The notes beneath the pieces were generated by a model. That model was given only the letters and a program-made list of their open reading frames with translations. It was not told where the DNA came from and made no database searches. 64,000 bases of DNA from an uncultured Pseudomonadales bacterium (GTDB lineage: Bacteria > Patescibacteriota > Microgenomatia > UBA1400 > UBA12108): assembly GCA_964502225.1 (NCBI GenBank), contig CAZCUC010000003.1:12782-76781 (forward strand). The letters run 5' to 3'. The position numbers and the translations under genes are program-made. Shown in pieces: positions 1 through 8,319 of this stretch. Within the stretch, counting starts at the first letter, position 1. Each line of letters begins with the position of its first letter.

Positions 1-1
1 C

Positions 2-1678
2 CTCGCGGCCTTTGAAGGTATCCCACTAAAGCTCCCCAAACTCAGTCGCAAACCAGGCAAAAATAGTGACAAAGATACATTAATCACAATCGACATCCAA
101 ACTCCCGTGGTACGACGTTTCCAAACCAGCGTTTTCAAAGGGATTAAAGTGGGTGACTCTCCAGCATGGCTCGTAGAGCGGCTTAAAGCCTACGGCATGG
201 AACCCATCAACAACATCGTCGATATCACCAACTTTGTCATGGTCGAGTATGGCCAACCCATGCATGCCCAGGATATAGCTAAAATGGGGGGCAAAGACAT
301 CACTATTCGCAAAGCAAAATCAGGCGAAAAACTCACCACCCTCCTAGGAACAGATGTCATCCTCACCCCTGATACTCATATTTTAACCTCAGGCGGCAAA
401 CCCACGGTGATCCTCGGGATAGTGGGGGGCAAGCAAACCGGCGTCACTGCTTCAACCACTGACATCATCTTGGACTCCGGCAACTACGACTCACGCGTCA
501 TCCGCAAATCCTCTCGTCAACTCAAAATCATAAACGAAACAGTCAGTCGCGACGACAAGTTCCTAGACCCCCGCGTCATCGATCTCGCCCTCGCGCGTGC
601 CACCGACCTCATCCTCGAGCTCGCAGGTGGGACCTACTATGATAACGATGATTACTATCCAGCTCAAGTCCTCCCCAAAACCATGGTTCTGCGCCTCAGT
701 CGCCTAGATCTCCTGAGTGGTATGAATCTCACTCTCCCCACTGTCAAAAAAATCCTCAAGTCTCTAGAGTACAGCGTGGTAGAAGAAGGGGAGGGGACAC
801 TCACTGTCGAGATCCCGTACTTCCGCACCGACGTCGAAGTCGAAGATGACCTGGTCTCGGACATTCTGCGGATTTACAACTACACGAATATTCCGGTAGA
901 GCCTCTAACTACGCCAGTTCCCCAGGATCTCACCCCGCCCATCTACTGCTTTGAAGAGCGCCTCCGCGATCTCCTTGTCGCCCAAGGTGCCCACGAACAT
1001 ATTACTAGCTCCCTTGTTAGCTCAACAGGTGCAGACGAGCAGGTAGTCTTAGCCAATGCTTTAAGCAGTGATCAAAACGCTCTACGCACCCACCTCACAC
1101 CTGGACTCAAGCACGTGTTATCGACCTACACTAAACACAAACAGACAAACATCCAGGTATTTGAAATTGGCAAAGTCTTCCGCCAATCGCAAGGCAGATA
1201 TTTAGAAGGTCGCCTCCTCACACTCGCTAGCAACTCTCCAGTTGCCGATTCGCTCGCCACGCTCATGTCCTCACTGGGGATTGCGGACTACCAAATCAAT
1301 CAGCAATACCAAATAATGATAGGCCAGCAAGTCGTGGGTACAACCGAGCCCAACTCCTATACACTCGTCACAGATACTCTCATGTCATATGCCAAATCTT
1401 ATACCGGGATCGTTTCTGAGTTTGACCATTTTACTTCGCTAGACATCTCCCTACTTTCACCCACTAAAGTGGTTTATGCGGATATCCAACAAGCACTTTC
1501 AATGATTAAAGTGAACTGGCATTCTCTATCCTGCAAATCCATGACCAAAATGGATAATACAACCAACAACTATCTCCTCACGATCACTTGGGACGCCAGC
1601 TCCAAAACAATCAATTCCGACAAACAAATTATTCTCAGCACTCTCAAAGAAAAGCTCGGGATCGAATCAAAATCTTAA
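2..1678 (+). CDS. pheT: Phenylalanine--tRNA ligase beta subunit (5' part outside window)
   Basis: Frame open from position 2; B3/B4 motif 'PINNIVDITNFVMVEYGQPMHAQD', B5 motif 'IPYFRTDVEVEDDLVSDILRIYNY', 'FEIGKVF'. Confidence 0.93.
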   Translation, partial: LAAFEGIPLKLPKLSRKPGKNSDKDTLITIDIQTPVVRRFQTSVFKGIKVGDSPAWLVERLKAYGMEPINNIVDITNFVMVEYGQPMHAQDIAKMGGKDITIRKAKSGEKLTTLLGTDVILTPDTHILTSGGKPTVILGIVGGKQTGVTASTTDIILDSGNYDSRVIRKSSRQLKIINETVSRDDKFLDPRVIDLALARATDLILELAGGTYYDNDDYYPAQVLPKTMVLRLSRLDLLSGMNLTLPTVKKILKSLEYSVVEEGEGTLTVEIPYFRTDVEVEDDLVSDILRIYNYTNIPVEPLTTPVPQDLTPPIYCFEERLRDLLVAQGAHEHITSSLVSSTGADEQVVLANALSSDQNALRTHLTPGLKHVLSTYTKHKQTNIQVFEIGKVFRQSQGRYLEGRLLTLASNSPVADSLATLMSSLGIADYQINQQYQIMIGQQVVGTTEPNSYTLVTDTLMSYAKSYTGIVSEFDHFTSLDISLLSPTKVVYADIQQALSMIKVNWHSLSCKSMTKMDNTTNNYLLTITWDASSKTINSDKQIILSTLKEKLGIESKS

Positions 1679-4242
1679 GGGTTAGCCGAAGGGGAGGCAC
1701 TAGGTGCGACAAAGTCCCAGTTCACGTTTACTCCAATCCTCACAGTCGTATCACGCTCCTCACCATCCTTGGTCCTCACGACCCCTTTCAGTTCATGTGT
1801 TTTGTTGTCATCCACGGTGATGGTCGTACTCACTAGCTTTTCTCCTCCAAACGTTTCTCGCTGGTTTCCATCCACCAGTAGCTTTATCCACTCGATTTCT
1901 TTACTAGTTGTCACTCTCAGCCTCACTTCAAAAGTGTTGCTATTCAATTTTTCATGGTCGCCCGGCTTTTCAAAGCCTATGACTGTCTGGGTATTGCTCG
2001 CACAGTATTCTGTTGGGACCTTAAATTTGTCATTACTTTGACCATCAATCCAGGCTCGTATGTCGTTCTGCCAAGCGTTACTTTCTTGTTTCAAAACATA
2101 AAATTCCTTCAAATCGTAATCGTCACGTGCGATATCCACTTCACTAGCCAATTTATTATTATCAGCCTTGCATACTTTTACTTTTGTGTGGATCGGATCA
2201 GGCTCAGTCGGCGCAGTCCCTTTGGTAAAATAATCAGCCCTCGAGGGGTAGCCATCGTGCTCAGGGTAGCCAGATATTGTATCTACTTGGCGTGCCTCTA
2301 CACCACTAGGCGGTTTAAAATCATCGCCTTTATATTTTTCCCACGTCTTCAAAATTATTTTTCGCCAAATAGGGGAGGCACCAGTTACACCAGATGCTAC
2401 TTCCTTCATTGCAGTATTGTCATTATTGCCAACCCACACCCCAACCACAGCTTTTGTGCTCCACCCCACAGTCCAGTTATCTCGCTTATCATTGGTCGTA
2501 CCGGTTTTGACTGCGATCGATTTACCGGCCATATTCAAAAAACTATTCGAGCCAAAGGTCAGGAGTCGTGCGTTGTTGTCCGCCAACACATGATTGATCA
2601 AGAATGCCACTTCTTCACTCAGTACTCGCTGTTTCTGTGCCTGTTTGGCTTCGTACAGTGTCCGACCATTCTTAGTCACTTTTAGGATCGAAACCGGCTC
2701 GACTTTTTCCCCTCCATTTGCAAAAGCGCTATACGCATGCACCAAATCAAACAGTTTCACTTCACCCCCACCTAGTGTGACCGACAAGCCAAACCTCGAC
2801 ATATTTGCGGCTGTAGGCTCGAGGGTTTCAAACCCCATGTCATAGGCAGTCTGCAACATATCTTTTAGCCCAATCAGCGACAGTAGTTTTACGGCCGGGA
2901 TATTGAGCGAAGAACCTAGGGCATATCGCAGTTGGATCGGACCATTAAACTTGCCATCATAATTTTTTGGCTCGTAAAACTCTCCTTCTTTAGATCCGGG
3001 GAATTTGCTTGGTACATCGAGGAGCATAGAGGAGGGTGCATAGCCCTTGGCAAACGCGGTGGCATATGTCACTGGTTTGATGGCAGATCCAGGCTGGCGG
3101 AGCGACATCACCACATTGACTTGGCCATCGTAGTCAGGCGCAAAATAATCTTTAGATCCGACCATGGCCAGGATCTCGCCATTTTGTGGGTTCATCACCA
3201 TCGCGGCGCCGTTTGTGACGTGCACTTTTTCTAGTTTATCGATTTCTTCTTTGACCGCTGTCTGGGTAAAGTCTTGCAGTTCCGAGTCTAGTGTTGTCAT
3301 CACGGTATATCCACCCTCTTCAACCACAGCTTCTCCAAGCAGATCTACCAGCTGATCTTTCACATAAAACACAAAATGAGGTGCCTTTAGTGCCGCCGTT
3401 TGCTCTCTAAACTTTACTTCCGGTAGTTCTTTGAGGCTTTGATTCTCTTGTTCCTTGGTGATATAGCCATCCTCCCTCATCCGTCTCAATACTGCTGTCG
3501 ATCTCGCCACGTATGCTTGCTTATCGCTCCCGTACGGGGAGTATCGTGAAGGGGCTTGGGGCATACCAGCTAGTATTACTGCTTGAGTGAGCGTCAAATC
3601 CTTTGGCTCAACCCCAAAATATCTCTCCGAGGCCGAGGCTATCCCGATCGCAGTCCCTCCGTAGGGGGCTTCGTTTAGATACATTTGGAGTATTTCGTCC
3701 TTACTAAACTTATTCTCGATCTGCATCGACAATACGAGCTCTTTAAACTTGCGCGGTAGTGACCGCTCGCTGGTCAAAAGGACATTTTTCACTAGTTGCT
3801 GGGTCAAGGTCGATCCACCCTGGGCTCTACCGCGGGTGATCCCTCTGAGCATTCCCCGGATCATTCCCCAGGTACTAAAACCTTGGTGCGAGTAAAACTC
3901 TTTGTCCTCTATCGCAATCGTAGCTTGCTGTAGTTGGAGGGGAACATCTGCTATTTTGATCGGGATCCGGTTGTAATCTTGGTACAGTTCATACAGTGTT
4001 GCCCCATCTCTGTCCTCGATCTTGGTCGAAAATCCATCATGTCTCACAATTTTGTCTGGATCTGGCAAACTCCGGGAGAACCAGGCGAACATAATCAATG
4101 TAATTACAATCGCCCCCAGTGTCCCAAACAAGGCCGTGAGACCCAAATACTTCAAAATAGTTTGTTTATCCCACTTTGCGTGTGAATAACGATTTCTCTT
4201 CCCCTGGATCCGCTGTTTAAATGTTCTCGCCCAATCTTGCAT
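1675..4242 (-). CDS. Class A penicillin-binding protein (PBP1A family) with C-terminal Ig-like domain
   Basis: N-terminal TM; transglycosylase 'EDKEFYSHQG', 'GGSTLTQQLVKN'; transpeptidase SxxK 'GSAIKP', 'SLN', 'KTG'. Confidence 0.95.
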   Translation of the reverse strand: MQDWARTFKQRIQGKRNRYSHAKWDKQTILKYLGLTALFGTLGAIVITLIMFAWFSRSLPDPDKIVRHDGFSTKIEDRDGATLYELYQDYNRIPIKIADVPLQLQQATIAIEDKEFYSHQGFSTWGMIRGMLRGITRGRAQGGSTLTQQLVKNVLLTSERSLPRKFKELVLSMQIENKFSKDEILQMYLNEAPYGGTAIGIASASERYFGVEPKDLTLTQAVILAGMPQAPSRYSPYGSDKQAYVARSTAVLRRMREDGYITKEQENQSLKELPEVKFREQTAALKAPHFVFYVKDQLVDLLGEAVVEEGGYTVMTTLDSELQDFTQTAVKEEIDKLEKVHVTNGAAMVMNPQNGEILAMVGSKDYFAPDYDGQVNVVMSLRQPGSAIKPVTYATAFAKGYAPSSMLLDVPSKFPGSKEGEFYEPKNYDGKFNGPIQLRYALGSSLNIPAVKLLSLIGLKDMLQTAYDMGFETLEPTAANMSRFGLSVTLGGGEVKLFDLVHAYSAFANGGEKVEPVSILKVTKNGRTLYEAKQAQKQRVLSEEVAFLINHVLADNNARLLTFGSNSFLNMAGKSIAVKTGTTNDKRDNWTVGWSTKAVVGVWVGNNDNTAMKEVASGVTGASPIWRKIILKTWEKYKGDDFKPPSGVEARQVDTISGYPEHDGYPSRADYFTKGTAPTEPDPIHTKVKVCKADNNKLASEVDIARDDYDLKEFYVLKQESNAWQNDIRAWIDGQSNDKFKVPTEYCASNTQTVIGFEKPGDHEKLNSNTFEVRLRVTTSKEIEWIKLLVDGNQRETFGGEKLVSTTITVDDNKTHELKGVVRTKDGEERDTTVRIGVNVNWDFVAPSASPSANP

Positions 4243-4271
4243 AGCGATTAGTATAGTGCTTTACCATCAGT

Positions 4272-4541
4272 ATGTCACTCTCGACTTCTGATCTACAACA
4301 ATTCTCAAAACTCTTAGATATCTCTCTAGAGAAAAAGCTGTCACCTCTCAGAGATAAAATCTCCACACTTGTCACCAAAGAAGATGTCACAAAGTTAGCT
4401 ACTGCAGAAGAATTAAATGTCTTGAGAAAAATAGTAATCTCATTACCCACCGGAAACCATTTGTCTAAATTAAAAGATGAGTTGCTGGAAAAAATTTCCC
4501 ATCTCCCAACCAAGGAACAATTTTACTTCTCCACCCTATAG
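4272..4541 (+). CDS. Small coiled-coil hypothetical protein, possibly C-terminally truncated
   Basis: Repeated 'LVTKEDV/LATAEEL/LPTKEQF' units; ends immediately before the T-box promoter. Confidence 0.55.
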   Translation: MSLSTSDLQQFSKLLDISLEKKLSPLRDKISTLVTKEDVTKLATAEELNVLRKIVISLPTGNHLSKLKDELLEKISHLPTKEQFYFSTL

Positions 4542-4547
4542 TAGGTA

Positions 4548-4577
4548 TTGACACTCACAACCATTACATGATATAAA
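4548..4577 (+). promoter_or_regulatory. Sigma70 promoter of the T-box operon
   Basis: TTGACA (4548-53), 18-nt spacer, TG-a-TATAAA (4569-77). Confidence 0.75.
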
Positions 4578-4596
4578 CTCTACACAAGTTAATAGG

Positions 4597-4932
4597 AAAG
4601 CGTCGAAGGAGCCTTAGTAGATTAAAGTAGGTAATCAGAGAGATGTCGTTTGCTGCAAGACATCCAAAGCTTTAATCGAAATTTACTCTCCTAAGCAGGT
4701 CTGACAAAATCAGACACGGTTGTCCCCGTAATCAGACTAAGATGTGTCACAAAGAAACAGAGCATCTGAACAAACAAGGTTATCCTTGATTATTTCAGAT
4801 CTCGCGTGAGCGAGATTTTTTGTAATCAGAGTTAACGAAACAGGGTTGGTACCGTCTGTCTTGCAGGCCCCTGTCTATATCCAATATTCGGAGTAATCCT
4901 ATTTTGGTTGTAGGCAGGGGCTTATTTGTTAT
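4597..4932 (+). ncRNA. T-box riboswitch leader, probable Tyr (UAC) specifier
   Basis: K-turn-like GCGUCGA..UAAGC; AGUA (4616) / GAA (4678) S-turn; CAGAGAG and GCUGCAA distal motifs; stem GAUUAAAG/CUUUAAUC; stem II GUCUGA/UCAGAC; ACGG..CCGUAA IIA/B; T-box UGGUACC (4847-53); antiterminator CAGGG/CCCUG plus GUCUG/CAGGC; tyrS downstream. Confidence 0.88.
4867..4932 (+). terminator. T-box-controlled intrinsic terminator
   Basis: GCCCCTGTCTATA...TGTAGGCAGGGGC stem followed by TTATTTGTTATT; overlaps the 3' arm of the antiterminator. Confidence 0.8.
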
Positions 4933-4945
4933 TACAAGGAAAAAT

Positions 4946-5935
4946 ATGAAATCTATCGAAATCGAACTCGACAAAGCTTGGGAAAAGGCGCGGTCTTTTC
5001 CAGGCGAGCTAAAACTGTTAGGGCCAAACGATCTGGACTCTGACAGAATAGCAGGCATTTTTAGAGATTTATTGGAAAGGACCTACATTCGTCACGGGGT
5101 ACCACAACATGCGGATGAGTTTTCATCAGCTATCCGCGCTGGGCAAATAGAGCCATGTATTGTCACTCGTGATAACCAGCCGGTCGCTTGCGCCGCCTTG
5201 ATTAAACAAAGCGACGGGACAAGTGAACTTGGTCGTGCAGTCTCTGTCGAACCTGGTACCGGAGCCGGTAAGATCGCTATGCTCACGGCCACGCTCTCTG
5301 CAGGCACCTCGCCACTCGTTGCAGAAATCAGACTCGCAAAAACCTTTGCCGGAATACCAGGAGGCGAAGCTACTCAGCGTATCTGTCACGGGATTCTAGG
5401 ACTTGCAGTACACGCAATATTGCCCCCATTTAGACATGGCCGTCACCCAATTTCTGGGACTAAATACAACGAAATGTTTGGCTTTGCAGCTGAAAATGTT
5501 CAAATCATCGATTCAAGTCCATTGTCCACTGCAAACCAAGCGATTTCCACTCGGATAGACTCATTAACTCCAGTCAAAGATATGCAGCTGATGCAAGTCG
5601 ATCCATTTAAAATCGCTGTGCCTGTTAATTCAGGTATAAATATAAAAGATTTTCAGCGAGAAAGTAGATTTGGCGACCCTGGATGCACCATGACCGCCCT
5701 AGAAGCAAATGACCAAAACCTCTCTACTATTGCCTGGCTCATGGCACATGATTTTATCTTATCTGGAGTTGATCGCAACTTAGGAGAGAATGGGCTCCCA
5801 GTCCTACTCCTAGCCACACTCGCCCACGGGACCATGCTGGCACCAACCAAAGCAAGCGATACACTACCTCAACAGCTTAGAGCAGATATTTTACACATTA
5901 GTAGCCAATTTAATCAGTTAGTTGAAAGGAGTTAA
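4946..5935 (+). CDS. Hypothetical protein with GNAT-like N-terminal domain
   Basis: ATG 4946 with AAGGA SD (the ORF-track start lies inside the terminator); 'VACAALI...SELGRAVSVEPGTGAGK' resembles GNAT beta4/motif A. Confidence 0.6.
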   Translation: MKSIEIELDKAWEKARSFPGELKLLGPNDLDSDRIAGIFRDLLERTYIRHGVPQHADEFSSAIRAGQIEPCIVTRDNQPVACAALIKQSDGTSELGRAVSVEPGTGAGKIAMLTATLSAGTSPLVAEIRLAKTFAGIPGGEATQRICHGILGLAVHAILPPFRHGRHPISGTKYNEMFGFAAENVQIIDSSPLSTANQAISTRIDSLTPVKDMQLMQVDPFKIAVPVNSGINIKDFQRESRFGDPGCTMTALEANDQNLSTIAWLMAHDFILSGVDRNLGENGLPVLLLATLAHGTMLAPTKASDTLPQQLRADILHISSQFNQLVERS

Positions 5936-5936
5936 T

Positions 5937-6977
5937 ATGACATTGCTCACAATACTAGAAGAGTTAATTAAAGCAAAGACTCTCTCAGAAGATCGCAAAA
6001 CTTGTTTGGACACGCTCAAAAAGATCCAACCACAAATTCCAAACTCAGTTATAGATACTAAATCTGGAATTCTACTTTGGGGACATACAAACCTCGCTAC
6101 AACATCATGGTTGATCAATACTCACCTTGATGTAGTTCCAGGTAGTCCAAAACAATTTTCTCTCAAAATAAAAGGGGACAAAGCTTGGGGTAGAGGGGTA
6201 GCCGACGTAAAGGGTTGCGCCGCCATCCTTATTGACCAAGCAAAAAAATGGACAGGACTAGCCATACAAAAGAAAGTAACATTTATGCTGGTCACGGACG
6301 AAGAGGTCGGTGGAGCTAGCACCAAAGCCATATTATCTACCATGAAAGATTTGCAGGGTGCCATCTTTCTCGAACCCACTGGACTCCACATTACCACAGA
6401 GGCGAAAGGAATGATGCAAATAAAGATTGTAGCTAAAGGAGTCAGTTGTCACGGCTCACGTCCATGGGAAGGGGATAACGCGATCGAGATGCTTGCGCGA
6501 GGACTTGTCCAATTTCGCCTGACTCAACCTACTCCTACTCAAGAAACCCGAACCACTACGCTCAATTTTTCTCAAATCAAAGGTGGTGAAGCAATCAATC
6601 AAGTTCCTAGCTTTGCTGAGCTTTGGTGTGACGTGAGATTTAATCCTCAAGATAATCCAGCGGACATCGTTACTGAAATAGTCGCTTGTTTCCCTTCATG
6701 TGAAGTGGTAGTGGTCAAATGTGATTCACCCATCAACTGCGATAAGTCGACTAAAGTATTTGAGTCCGTTGTACGCGCTGTAAAGTCAGTCTCGATCAAT
6801 CCACTCACGCAGTTTGACCACGGTACGTCGGATGCCAGGCACGCAACCGCTCTGGGTATACCAGCGCTCGTTTTTGGCCCAAAAGGTGGAGGGCTTCACA
6901 GCGATCACGAATGGGTCAGTTTAAAAAGCCTAATCAAAGTACAAAACGTCCTCGATCACTGGATTAAAAATATTTGA
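5937..6977 (+). CDS. M20 family metallo-amidohydrolase (ArgE/DapE-like)
   Basis: 'HLDVVP', 'GRGVADVKG', 'DEEVGG', 'EPT', 'HGSRPW', 'GLHSDHEWV'; SD AAGGAG. Confidence 0.92.
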   Translation: MTLLTILEELIKAKTLSEDRKTCLDTLKKIQPQIPNSVIDTKSGILLWGHTNLATTSWLINTHLDVVPGSPKQFSLKIKGDKAWGRGVADVKGCAAILIDQAKKWTGLAIQKKVTFMLVTDEEVGGASTKAILSTMKDLQGAIFLEPTGLHITTEAKGMMQIKIVAKGVSCHGSRPWEGDNAIEMLARGLVQFRLTQPTPTQETRTTTLNFSQIKGGEAINQVPSFAELWCDVRFNPQDNPADIVTEIVACFPSCEVVVVKCDSPINCDKSTKVFESVVRAVKSVSINPLTQFDHGTSDARHATALGIPALVFGPKGGGLHSDHEWVSLKSLIKVQNVLDHWIKNI

Positions 6978-6996
6978 TACAATACTAAGGAGACAT

Positions 6997-8187
6997 ATGA
7001 CCAATACAAACGATATTTTAACCAGGGGAGTAGAAAACATTATCCCAAGTAAAGCTAAGCTACAGGAGCTCCTAGATAGTGGCAAAAAGCTCAATATCTT
7101 CCTTGGCATCGACCCCACCGCCACCCGTATTCATATTGGGCATGCCGTTCCACTACGCAAATTAAATGAGCTAGCTGGGCTCGGTCACAACGTCAAATTC
7201 TTGATCGGAGACTTTACCGCATTGATTGGCGACACCTCCGACAAAGATACCGAGCGTCCAGTCCTGACGAGCGAACAAATCCAAGCCAATTTTGAAACCT
7301 ACAAAAAACAAGCCGAAAAAGTGGTCGATTTTAGCAAAATCGAAGTCGTCCACAACTCTACCTGGCTCAAAGAGCTCAAGTTCGAAGATATAGTCAAGCT
7401 CGCCCAGCATTTCTCGGCCGGTGACTTTACCAGTCGCGAGCTCATCAAAAAACGACTTACCGAAGGTAAACACGTCGGTCTCCACGAACTTCTCTATCCT
7501 GTCATGCAGGGATACGATAGCTACTTTATGGATACCGATATCCAACTCGGTGGTACCGACCAGACCTTCAACATGCAAGCAGGTCGCATACTCCAAAAAG
7601 ATTTACGGGGCAAAGAATCATTTATCATCGCCAACGGTTTCCTATCAGGCACCGATGGCCGCAAAATGAGCAAATCTTGGGGTAATGCTATCTGGCTAGA
7701 TGATGATCCTATTGAAATGTACGGCAAGGTCATGTCCCTCAAAGACGATTTGATCATCAACTACTTCACACTCGCGACTGCACTATCTCTAGAAGAGATC
7801 GGTCAGATCGAAGCCAAGCTCAAAGCTGGCGATAACCCCATGACTTTCAAAAAACAGTTGGCCCACAGGGTCGTCACCGAGCTCCACAGTAGTGAACTGG
7901 CCGAGTCTGCTCAAAAACACTTTGAAAGTACCGTCCAAAAGAAGGAAGTTCCAGACGAAGTTGAAGAGTTCTTTACTCCCTTAAATGAATTAAAATCTCA
8001 TTTTGATGTACTCAAAACGGCTAACACAGGTTTTAGCAACAGCGATCTCAAGAGATTAGCTGCACAAGGAGCAATTTTATTTAATACTACAAAAACGCTT
8101 ACTGACCTGTCAGAAGAATACACCTTCACTGGCGGTGAAATTTACCAGTTGGGTAAGCGTACTTTCAGAAAGGTAAAAGGAAAATAG
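6997..8187 (+). CDS. tyrS: Tyrosine--tRNA ligase
   Basis: 'GIDPTATRIHIGH' (HIGH), 'YPVMQGYD', 'QLGGTDQTFN', KMSKS, C-terminal S4-like domain. Confidence 0.97.
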   Translation: MTNTNDILTRGVENIIPSKAKLQELLDSGKKLNIFLGIDPTATRIHIGHAVPLRKLNELAGLGHNVKFLIGDFTALIGDTSDKDTERPVLTSEQIQANFETYKKQAEKVVDFSKIEVVHNSTWLKELKFEDIVKLAQHFSAGDFTSRELIKKRLTEGKHVGLHELLYPVMQGYDSYFMDTDIQLGGTDQTFNMQAGRILQKDLRGKESFIIANGFLSGTDGRKMSKSWGNAIWLDDDPIEMYGKVMSLKDDLIINYFTLATALSLEEIGQIEAKLKAGDNPMTFKKQLAHRVVTELHSSELAESAQKHFESTVQKKEVPDEVEEFFTPLNELKSHFDVLKTANTGFSNSDLKRLAAQGAILFNTTKTLTDLSEEYTFTGGEIYQLGKRTFRKVKGK

Positions 8188-8188
8188 T

Positions 8189-8290
8189 ATGAGTCTCACC
8201 AAACGCCAGCGTAAACTATGGACCATCATCACCGCCATCGCCACGCTCGCTCTCCTTGCCTCCTCCTTCGCCCCATTCTTCATGAACTAG
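8189..8290 (+). CDS. Small single-TM protein (33 aa, below ORF-track cutoff)
   Basis: MSLTKRQRKLWTIITAIATLALLASSFAPFFMN; basic N-terminus plus hydrophobic helix; starts 1 nt after tyrS stop. Confidence 0.6.
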   Translation: MSLTKRQRKLWTIITAIATLALLASSFAPFFMN

Positions 8291-8319
8291 TCATATTCTT
8301 CGTGATATACAATTGATTC

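Noticed and set aside
1954-2685. 243-aa plus-strand ORF
   Set aside because: Antisense shadow of PBP1A
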